Shown: piece after piece, positions 17,197-26,000 of the stretch
How positions within the stretch are numbered: the first letter of the stretch is position 1
Layout: every line of letters begins with the position of its first letter
Notes under the pieces: model-generated
The model's database searches: none
Told to the model about the DNA's origin: nothing
Seen by the model: the letters and a program-made list of their open reading frames with translations, nothing else
Assembly (NCBI GenBank): GCA_017523005.1
Contig: JAFWXG010000178.1
Span: forward strand, 1 to 28,586
Source: Clostridia bacterium
GTDB lineage: Bacteria > Bacillota > Clostridia > RGIG6154
Length of the DNA: 28,586 nt
Direction of reading: 5' to 3'
Translations under genes and position numbers: made by a program

Positions 17197-17748
17197 TTAT
17201 TTCTGTAGTAATCCGATAACCTTTTCAGTCAACCCATTCTGAATGATATATTCGTATACTGCGTTAGGGACCATGTCTTTCCACTCATCTCCGTTGACAA
17301 TCTTCTGTCTGATTTCGGTAGAGCACATTGCCTTTTCTCTGGTATCAAACAACACCACTGTGCCATAGCCGAGTTCTCCCAGTCTATGCAGTTTCTCATA
17401 TCCCCAATCGTCGTAAATAGTAAAGAACGAGGTTGCACTAATCGGCACATAATTATAAAGAATTTCGGGGCGTTCAATGGGGAATGGAACTATTTCAAAG
17501 TCTTCCCTTTTCAACCCGGCTTCGAGAAGTGCCACCTTTACCATGTTGAATCTTTCATAGAAGGTAAAGGGGTTGGCTGCTGCATTACTTCTGTGCGGAT
17601 CAACCTCCTCGTGAAGCAAATTTGAATTTTCAGGGGATGTAATACCCACGATAAGTTTTTCGCATTGCTCCTTTGCAAGCAAAGCATATCTCAAGTGGTC
17701 GTTATGGAACAACTGAAATCTGCCGTGAATAAATCCGAGTTTTACCAT
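17197..17748 (-). CDS. HIGH-superfamily nucleotidyltransferase, NadM/NMN-adenylyltransferase-like
   Basis: HGRFQLFHNDH, NPFTFYER and STEIRQKIVNGDEWKDMVP motifs. RBS GGAGG. Confidence 0.82.
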   Translation of the reverse strand: MVKLGFIHGRFQLFHNDHLRYALLAKEQCEKLIVGITSPENSNLLHEEVDPHRSNAAANPFTFYERFNMVKVALLEAGLKREDFEIVPFPIERPEILYNYVPISATSFFTIYDDWGYEKLHRLGELGYGTVVLFDTREKAMCSTEIRQKIVNGDEWKDMVPNAVYEYIIQNGLTEKVIGLLQK

Positions 17749-17930
17749 TTAGGTTCCTCCAGTAATTTGATTTATATTTTAAGAGCTAATTAAAAGTTAG
17801 ACCCCAAATATATTTTTTAACAAATCATTTATGTAAACAGGAAATAAATGTTTTAGTTATATCTCCTTCAACTCTTTCATCAAAAACTTGTTTAGATTTT
17901 TCTTCGGTGGTTCTGTCGGCTTGTTCAATA

Positions 17931-19451
17931 TTATTTTTTTCTCCGACAAACCATCCTTAAAACTATTGACCGCATTTGCCTGCGCTCGTTTTTTGTTGCC
18001 CCGATTATAAAAATCAACGCAAAATAAAGAACAAGGATGATGGTTGCCTTAATCATCAAAGACATCCAATCACAATGAGGAATAAGATAGTTTACTCCTA
18101 CTCCAAACGCTATGGTTATAGCCATACATATTCCTAACGGAATGTAGCATTCCGTAAATAGCTTTTTAATGTCCATTTTCAGGATTTTGTGATATGCGAT
18201 AAAATATCCGATATTTCGCACATTATATGCGACAAAAATCGCCGCGCAAGCACCAAGTACGCCATACTTTCCTGACCAGATAAATGCCAAAATCACATTG
18301 ATAATTCCCACGGCTACATTGGTAATAGCTTGAATCCTCACACGATTTTTCATCATCACAGCTGTATTGGCAATCTGGAGCGAATAGTAGAACAAACTCG
18401 GTATGGTGACAAACAGTATGCCGTAATATGCCATACTATAAGATTCGTCCAGCCACAGCAGAATAAAATCCTTTCCTAACAGAAGAAACCCCGTAACGAT
18501 CAGACCATGCAGTGCAAATTGGAATCTCCCTACCTTAACAATCAAGCTATTGAGCTTAAAAGTGTAATTTTCCTCGGTCAATATCCTCGATATGCGTGGC
18601 ATGAACATACCATTGAGTGCTGTTGTTACGAGATGGATATAATTTTCCATAAGCGACACAATGCCAAAAACAGCAATAGCCGCAGTGCTGGAGACAATGC
18701 CCAAAATAGATGGGGTAATACCAAAAATTAACCGTTGGGCAAGAGTTGATATGGTAACCCACAAAGAAAAGCCCAACAGATCTCCGACCATTCCTTTTCC
18801 TTTGTAAGAAAAATTGATTTTAATCGGAGTCTTTGATTTTATGACAAACAGTTTGAATGCCAGAACCAATACGCCCACAATGGTGTTGACACAAACCAAT
18901 GCATACAAACCACCATTGCATAATAATGCTACGACTGTAATCAACACACTAAAAATTCGATACAGAGCATCGGCTATTTTTAGTGTAATAAATTTCTCAT
19001 ACGCATTCAGTATTCCCGTAAAAGTAACACATGGGAAGTTGATGACAGCAAACACAGCAGAGATTATGAATACCACTCTGAATCGCTGAATCTCCAATGG
19101 TGTCAGATTAGTGTATATCTGCTCCAGAAAAACAGAAATTACAACCAGAACAATACAAATAATTGCGTCAATAATAAAATACAGCTTGTAGATAGCACCT
19201 AATATACAATCCACCTTGTCCTGTCGTCCTTCAGCCAAATACTTTGACACAAATCGAGATGTTGCTGCACTCAATCCGAAGTCAAATAAGAACAAATTGA
19301 TAAGCGAATTTGCCAGCGTGTATAAGCCGTAATCCGAATCTCCTATTTGTTTGACAATCCACGGCGTATATAGCAGACCAGACACAATATTGATGGCAAT
19401 TGTCAGGTAGGCTATTACTGCACCAATTTTTAATTCTTTAGATCGATTCAT
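17931..19451 (-). CDS. wzx: Wzx-type polysaccharide flippase (MOP superfamily)
   Basis: 506 aa with many hydrophobic segments, and GAVIAY, YTPWIVKQIGDSDYGLY and FDFGL motifs. Located in a polysaccharide locus. Confidence 0.88.
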   Translation of the reverse strand: MNRSKELKIGAVIAYLTIAINIVSGLLYTPWIVKQIGDSDYGLYTLANSLINLFLFDFGLSAATSRFVSKYLAEGRQDKVDCILGAIYKLYFIIDAIICIVLVVISVFLEQIYTNLTPLEIQRFRVVFIISAVFAVINFPCVTFTGILNAYEKFITLKIADALYRIFSVLITVVALLCNGGLYALVCVNTIVGVLVLAFKLFVIKSKTPIKINFSYKGKGMVGDLLGFSLWVTISTLAQRLIFGITPSILGIVSSTAAIAVFGIVSLMENYIHLVTTALNGMFMPRISRILTEENYTFKLNSLIVKVGRFQFALHGLIVTGFLLLGKDFILLWLDESYSMAYYGILFVTIPSLFYYSLQIANTAVMMKNRVRIQAITNVAVGIINVILAFIWSGKYGVLGACAAIFVAYNVRNIGYFIAYHKILKMDIKKLFTECYIPLGICMAITIAFGVGVNYLIPHCDWMSLMIKATIILVLYFALIFIIGATKNERRQMRSIVLRMVCRRKK

Positions 19452-19464
19452 AGTATCCCTTACT

Positions 19465-20619
19465 TTATTTCGCGAAAAGTTTGCGAAGTCTTCGTTTCAT
19501 TGCATAATATCTTCGAACCATTTTGCTCGGCAATACTTTTTCCGCATCATATTTTCTTACCAATGTCTCATAATCGCAAACAGGTAATTCGTTGAAAAAT
19601 GATTTCCTGCATGACGGCTTACGGGAACTCATCATCAGGTGATCATACAGCTTAACCGTATGGTTAGTGTCCTTCTGCTCCATAACAATATCCCGTTTTA
19701 TTGCCTCTATCAGAGCATTTCCCTTCTCTGAATTAACAAATACCGTGTTGACTCCAATCTCGTTATCCGTATCATCCAAATCTTTTCCTATATAGTCTGC
19801 GAGTGTAATATCAGAAGGTCGTTTCCGAGAAGTGAACGGACATTTATAACAACTTTCTCTGACACTAAGTGAGGTAGCAAACCAGTAATATACACCTGAA
19901 TCGGTGGTGTTCCGAACCGTCTTGTCCGGATACTCGACTTGTATCTCAAAGCAAGCTTTTTTGTTGCGATATCCTTGACTCTTATTTCGAAACCGTATCG
20001 AAATTGGTAAAGTTGTTTGATTCAGGGAGTCAATGTATTTGTCAAACACATAGCGTGAGGATACGCCATGGCAAACGAAATCCACCAGATACAATTTGTC
20101 GTACTCTTTTCCCAGATAGTTCTGAAGAGCCGATACCTGACACGGAGTACCAATAAACAGCACAGGCTTATTCGCTTGCAACTGTTCTCTCACATGGCGG
20201 TAGACGCCCACCGTATAGCTTTGCAAATACTTGGACCCCTTAAAACCATTCAACTCTTCTAACTCTGAAGCCAGGCTGTGTTTCAAGCAAAATGTATCAT
20301 CAAACCCGCAACCGGCAACTGTACCCCCGTTCTTGATCACATACTCGCTCAAAACCGAAGCAATACCACCTGATGTACTTTGTATGGCAGCCTCCTTATC
20401 CGTACGGCGTGCCTTATACGCCTTTTGAATTCCATGAGGTTTGTTGGGGTAATTCGCTGGACATACATCCTTACAACGATGGCAATTTATACAGAGACTG
20501 TCATCAATATAGCTTTTATAGAACCCATGAGCATCATATTTAATTGAAATGCACTGCTTGGGGCATACATCTGCGCACATACCACAACCGGTACATTTCG
20601 ACGATTTACAAATTTCCAT
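19465..20619 (-). CDS. 2x[4Fe-4S] ferredoxin fused to an F420 hydrogenase beta-subunit (FrhB-like) domain
   Basis: CTGCGMCADVCP, CINCHRCKDVCP, STSGG, GSKY, GTPCQV, DFVCHG and CYKC motifs. Start MEICK after GAGG. Confidence 0.86.
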   Translation of the reverse strand: MEICKSSKCTGCGMCADVCPKQCISIKYDAHGFYKSYIDDSLCINCHRCKDVCPANYPNKPHGIQKAYKARRTDKEAAIQSTSGGIASVLSEYVIKNGGTVAGCGFDDTFCLKHSLASELEELNGFKGSKYLQSYTVGVYRHVREQLQANKPVLFIGTPCQVSALQNYLGKEYDKLYLVDFVCHGVSSRYVFDKYIDSLNQTTLPISIRFRNKSQGYRNKKACFEIQVEYPDKTVRNTTDSGVYYWFATSLSVRESCYKCPFTSRKRPSDITLADYIGKDLDDTDNEIGVNTVFVNSEKGNALIEAIKRDIVMEQKDTNHTVKLYDHLMMSSRKPSCRKSFFNELPVCDYETLVRKYDAEKVLPSKMVRRYYAMKRRLRKLFAK

Positions 20620-21775
20620 AAGAACCTCTCTCTTTATCGTAATGCAACGCATCTGTCAGAAATTGACGATCTGTTTGTCGTTTTCTGCCAAGAAGTTCAT
20701 GCGCCTTCTGAAAATCTATGTCATACAAGAAATCAGCAGAAAAGGTGTCATTTGCATCTACTAATCTGTCACTAAGTTCCACCATATCCAAGAGAGTAAC
20801 CAATCGGTCATTCATACTCTTCTTGTCACTCTTATCAAATCGGCAAAGCGAAATAAACGGAGTTTTTAAATTGATCGAAAAAGCGGTGGCGTGGAATGAA
20901 TCAGTAAGTACTAACGATGCGTTTTTGATCAGGCTGATAAATTCTGCCGGACCGGCATCAAATATTTTTTCATCATCCGAGGACAGTTCTCTGGGCACAA
21001 ACGGTATACAGACAACCTTCATTCCTGTCAATTCCTTGACCTTTTGCTTAACAGAAGCAATGTATTCACGCTCACCAAACAAGTAGCAAAACACATACGG
21101 TTCTTTGAATATACGGGGAGCTGCCACTTGGGACCAGTCATCCTTATCCAGCAAAAGCGTGGGGTCCAGAACCACTGTTGCTTTTTTTTCAGAAATGGCG
21201 TTGATAATATCAGCACCCTTTTGCTCTCTGGTAGAAATCACATCAAAACGGTTAAGCAACGGAGCCATAAACGCGGCTTGCTTTTTATTTACCGTGGAGA
21301 CTCCAACGCTTGAGGCGTAGGAAATTTTCAAGGCATCCTCTGGCGCAAAACCAGCAAAATAAAAGCCGTTATCACAATACAAATTGGGATTCCATATCTG
21401 ATCACTTCCACACAGGTACACATCATACTGTGGTGGATTTTTAACATAGTCATCGTAGCAAGTATATCCTGTTTTATTGATGCAAAGGTTTTTGCATCGG
21501 AAATCTTCAAATCTCTTTGCTTTTGACGAAGTCTGCGATAAATACTGCTGATATGTTCTTCTCTTGGCAAGATAATCAGAAGGATTCTTTATCGCACATA
21601 GAAGGTTGGCCGTTTTCTCCTTCATTTTTTTGAATCCTGTTTTTTGATTTAAAAATTCGTTTGAAATAAGTTCACAATCAAGATGATTGGCTTTTACCAT
21701 TTGCTGAAGAGCATACGCCTGCAAGACGCCTCCGTAATTATCCCCGTAATATGTAATCAAACCAACTTTTTTCAT
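20606..21775 (-). CDS. Polysaccharide pyruvyl transferase family protein
   Basis: NYGGVLQAYAL, GSDQIWNP, SYASS, TREQ, DPTLLL and TDSFHATAFSI motifs. Confidence 0.9.
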   Translation of the reverse strand: MKKVGLITYYGDNYGGVLQAYALQQMVKANHLDCELISNEFLNQKTGFKKMKEKTANLLCAIKNPSDYLAKRRTYQQYLSQTSSKAKRFEDFRCKNLCINKTGYTCYDDYVKNPPQYDVYLCGSDQIWNPNLYCDNGFYFAGFAPEDALKISYASSVGVSTVNKKQAAFMAPLLNRFDVISTREQKGADIINAISEKKATVVLDPTLLLDKDDWSQVAAPRIFKEPYVFCYLFGEREYIASVKQKVKELTGMKVVCIPFVPRELSSDDEKIFDAGPAEFISLIKNASLVLTDSFHATAFSINLKTPFISLCRFDKSDKKSMNDRLVTLLDMVELSDRLVDANDTFSADFLYDIDFQKAHELLGRKRQTDRQFLTDALHYDKERGSYGNL

Positions 21776-22920
21776 ACATTCTCCTTTTCGCATTTCAAAA
21801 ACGCATTCAAATCACGAGCAAATGTCTCATGCAGTTCATGCAATCTGTCTGACGAGTCGCAAGTATGATCTACTGGAACACACATGACCGCATTGGCAAT
21901 ATCCTTAGGGGTAGGAGTATCGTAATAGAAAATGTAATCCTTAACATTAGATGTCTCCACCACAGGAATTCGGATACTCACGACCGAAATTCCATTGGAC
22001 ATATACATCAAAATTTTAGACGGAAATGACGAAGCGTTATATTTCCCGTCAGGTTGTTGTGTGCTAAGTCCTATATGGCAAGACTGGATAAATGCGTCAA
22101 ATTCTTTTCCTGTCTTATATCCATCGAAAACGACGCTGCACTTGGTTCTCGCAGACACCTGCTCAATCTTTTTTATAACCATTTCGGTATCAGCCTCGGT
22201 TCCATTCCCCAAAATATGCAATACATAATTATCATCCAGATATTCAGCGGCTTCAATGGCAGAGAAGGCTCCCCCTTTCACAGGGTTGAAGGTGCCCGCA
22301 TATACGATATGTATTTTACCATCGTTGAATTTTTTGCTATATTTTGGAACAGCCCGATAGGTTCCGTGAGAGATTATTCTCGGTTTATTTTGTCCATTGA
22401 CTTGCTTGTTCAGCAGTTCGGTTATGACAATGTATTTATCTGCAATCTGCAGATACTCAAGTTCTTTTTCTCGCAATACTTGATCTTCATTGACATCCGA
22501 ATACAGTTCCTCTACCTCAATAATCAGATGGCATTTCTTCTCTTTCTTGAGTTTTTTTACAACACTCATCAACGCCAATGAATGGTAAACAACTACCGTA
22601 TCATCGGACTTTACATGTGTCATTAAAAAGTGAAGCAGTTGAAATTTTGTCCAAATGTGTCCCAAGCCGCGAATGATTTTATTCTTACTGTGAAAGGAAT
22701 CAAATGTTCTCAGGGACACTCGACCATTCAAGTCATGTAAACTCCCCTTGACATAGCTATGCAAGGAAGTTTCGCAGGGAGAAACCACGATTGAATGGAT
22801 ATCAGTCATTTCTGACAACACCGATATTATATATCCCATTTTGTTCATAGCGGGAGGTGCCGCTACTCGTTTTTCAGCCGCGATCTGCTCACAGCTATAG
22901 TATCCCAAATAATATACCAT
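21772..22920 (-). CDS. Glycosyltransferase, GT-B fold (GT4-like)
   Basis: IVYAGT, LHILG, SFPSKILMYMSNGISVVS and DIANA motifs. Located in a polysaccharide locus. Confidence 0.78.
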   Translation of the reverse strand: MVYYLGYYSCEQIAAEKRVAAPPAMNKMGYIISVLSEMTDIHSIVVSPCETSLHSYVKGSLHDLNGRVSLRTFDSFHSKNKIIRGLGHIWTKFQLLHFLMTHVKSDDTVVVYHSLALMSVVKKLKKEKKCHLIIEVEELYSDVNEDQVLREKELEYLQIADKYIVITELLNKQVNGQNKPRIISHGTYRAVPKYSKKFNDGKIHIVYAGTFNPVKGGAFSAIEAAEYLDDNYVLHILGNGTEADTEMVIKKIEQVSARTKCSVVFDGYKTGKEFDAFIQSCHIGLSTQQPDGKYNASSFPSKILMYMSNGISVVSIRIPVVETSNVKDYIFYYDTPTPKDIANAVMCVPVDHTCDSSDRLHELHETFARDLNAFLKCEKENV

Positions 22921-22941
22921 ATGAACCTTTCCTTCTTAATC

Positions 22942-22971
22942 ATAATATCAATTAACCAATTAGATAGTCAG
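22942..22971 (-). promoter_or_regulatory. Possible internal promoter for the glycosyltransferase block
   Basis: CTGACT-N18-TATTAT with a TG extension, upstream of RBS AGGAAAGG. Confidence 0.35.
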
Positions 22972-23010
22972 CGATTCATCTCCTCCGAGAAGGAGGGACG
23001 GAAAGATACA

Positions 23011-26000
23011 TCAGTCGATCATCTTGCCGTCTTCATCAAAGGTGTGGTAGCCCACCTCGACCATAGAGCCGTCAGCATAGGTCTTGCCTGCTACAAATTT
23101 GGAACTGAGCCATAATTTAATGTTCTTAGCAATCTTATTACCATCATTGATGAAGTAGAAATTGCCATCATATTCTACCAGCTGATATGCGTTCAAACGA
23201 ATGCCATTGCGATAGAAATAATCCCCAATAATGCCATTTTTACCAACCATCTTGCCCTCTCCATCAAAGGTGTAGTAGCCCTCAGCTAATGGAGTGCCGT
23301 CCTCATAAGTGAAACCGCTCACAAATCTGTTGATTAAGTAAAGACGACAATCTTTGGCAATTTTGTGACCATCGTTTATGAAATAGAAGTTATCCTCATA
23401 ATTGACGAGCTGGTAGCAATTCAAACGAGCATTGTTAATATACAGATAGTCGCCAATAAGACCCTGTCTGATAACCATTTTACCTTCTTCATCGAAACTG
23501 TAATTACCTGCAGGCAAAGGAGCGCCATCTGCAAAAGTATGTCCGCTGACAAATTTGTTGTTAAGATATATTTCTCTGTTAATTGCAAGTCTGTGGCCTG
23601 CGTCGATAAAGTAGTAGTCACCTTCGTAGTTGACAAGCTTGTAGTTGTTCTGACGAACATTGTTTACATAGAAATATCTGTCAACAGGGCCGTTCAAAAT
23701 TACCATCTTGCCTTCTTCATCAAAGATGTAGTAACCTACAGTCAAGGGTGTACCGTCATCATAGGTATGTCCGCTGACAAAACGGCTGCCAAGATAAACA
23801 CTGCAGTCCTTCGCAATCTTGTGACCGTCGCTGATGAAGTAGAAATCGCCATCGTAGTTGATAAGCTGGTAGGCAGTTTGACGAGCATTATTGATATACA
23901 GATAATCGCCGATAACACCGTTTCTGATTATCATCTTACCTTCTGAATCAAAGGTGTAGTTGTCTTCAGGCAAAGGAGTGCCGTCTGCAAAGGTGTGTCC
24001 GTCAACAAAACGACTGCCAAGGTAAATAGTGCAATCTTTTGCAATCTTGTGACCATCTCCAATAAAGTAGAAATCGCCATTATTGTTGACAAGTCTGTAG
24101 TTGCTCTGACGAATATTGTTTGCATAGAAATATTCACCAGAAGGACCATTTTTAATAATCATTTTGCCGTCTGCGCCAAAGGTGTAGTAGTCCTCCGAAA
24201 GAGGTGTGCCATCCGAATAGGTGTGTCCGTTAACAAAACGACTGCTCAGGTAAATAGTCTTATCTACAGCATATCTGTGTCCTGCATCAATAAAGTAGAA
24301 ATCGCCTTCGCTCGACTGAACCAGCTTGTAGTTCTGCTGCATAACTCCATCGATATAGAAGTATCCGTTATATGGGCCAACCAACAAGGTTGCAATACCA
24401 TCAGCATCACAATTATAATAAACAGTCTCTTTTGTAGTCGGCTCGAAATAATGGTATACACCATCAGTCAGCAAGTAGCCATACTTATCAAAGATATAAA
24501 GGTTACCGTCAATTTCATAACGCTCGCCGGCGGATTTGGTCGGAGATGTCTTTCTGTAGTAGCTTGGACCGTACCAATAGCGCATTTTGCCATTTACCTT
24601 GACCCAAGTACCATCTAACAATCGTCCGTTATCAAAGCTGAACTTAACAGCATTTTGGCTGTATTGCTCGCCATCTACACCAACAAAGGTCTTTTCGTCA
24701 AAGAGATACCACTCTTCATCAATCATCTGCCAGCCACCAAGCAATATACCATTCATAGCGTAATAGTTTTTACCATTTACTGTCTGCAAACCGGTAGCGT
24801 TAGACACTCTGCCACAATCGCAAACGATCTTGTTACCCGATACCTTGAAGGTATGACTGGTTGCAGGAATGGTAGTACCCCAATCCACTACAGAATTACA
24901 AACCTCGCAAAATGTTCTGTCGGTATATCCGTTTTCTGAGCATGTAGAAGCCTTATCAGTGAGAGCTACAGGAGTGTGTACATGAGTAGTACCATGTTCA
25001 GAGAAGTACGCCTTATCCATGTTTGCCATACTTGTGTACATTTCGGTGTCCACATGGAATTCTTCGTTTGAAAAAGTACTGGTCTTTCCGTCAATATGAG
25101 TAATAAGTCCCATATCAACATCCATCTTCATATCCTGAGCCCAGAAGGGATAGGTTGTCCAATAAGTTTGTGCAGTATAACCCGGAGTCTTGATATCAGT
25201 ATCAAAATATAAAATACGAACAGGAAGCTTAGCAAGAGTTTTAGCTCCAGTATCATAATTAGTGCCTGTGCGGGTAATAGTAATAGTTGCAGTATTAGTT
25301 TCTTCTGCGATTGTGTAAGTTGCATCAAATCCTTCTGCAATCTCCATGTGATCAAGCTCCCAATGGTTAACATTATTGAGGTCGATTACAGCAGAAACGG
25401 ATTGAATGGTTTCAATCGCAGTTGCTTCAAGGTTCATCCAGTATACTGAACCAAAATGTATTCTATCAAGTGTCGAATCATCGGGAACGACATTTATCGT
25501 AGACTTCTCTTCTCCGGATTCAACTTTAATTACGCGGATAACCACAGACTTGTTGCCCATGTTATCACAGATCTCGAATTTAACACGATGATATCCATCA
25601 GGAACAACAATCCCGTTTGCAGAAAGAACGCCATTTGCAAAGGTGGACTTAACCTCAACACCATCAATGTAGACCTTTGCTGTAGCAGCATTCAAACCTG
25701 ATGCATTGTAAAGAGGGATTTCATTCTTATTAGCATCAAGCTTGAAATCCTTATCTCTTACAGCAGCAGACAAATTAAGAGTGTTGTTTGAAGTTGTGAC
25801 AACATCACGCTTAACGAGAGCAGTACTACCATCAAGATATATCTTGTCAAATACAGGATTTTCCCTATCTTCAACAGCCTCGGAATAGTCTACGGTAAAG
25901 TTATCAAGATAATATGTGTAGTTTCCGTTTATAGAACCATTTTCCTGCCAAAGCTTATTGTTGATAGCCTTATGGAAAACGATAGCAAGGAAAAATTCGC

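Noticed and set aside
17858-17869. GAAGGAGATATA (T7 gene-10-like RBS) on the minus strand, suggesting vector contamination or a small gene
   Set aside because: No start codon at proper spacing and no other vector sequence. A 12-nt match is plausibly chance.
19465-20619. Evidence for methanogen-type F420 hydrogenase metabolism
   Set aside because: No other hydrogenase subunits or F420 biosynthesis genes are present, and the context is purely polysaccharide biosynthesis.
21182-21189. Homopolymer tracts as phase-variation switches (A8 in the pyruvyl transferase; A8 in fnlA near 16295; A8 in the 9153-9160 promoter spacer)
   Set aside because: Eight-base A/T runs are expected in this AT-rich genome, the frames are intact, and the fnlA run encodes the conserved DEKKQ motif.
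22979-23005. Terminator after the large gene
   Set aside because: Only a 5-bp CCTCC/GGAGG stem with no U-tract.
23014-24369. Diversity-generating retroelement template/variable repeat pair
   Set aside because: Differences between copies are not confined to adenine positions, all copies are in-frame coding, and there is no reverse transcriptase in the window.
23365-24618. Long plus-strand ORFs (193 and 207 aa) antisense to the repeat region
   Set aside because: These are shadow ORFs expected from the codon bias and repetitiveness of the real minus-strand gene. They have no RBS or recognisable motifs.
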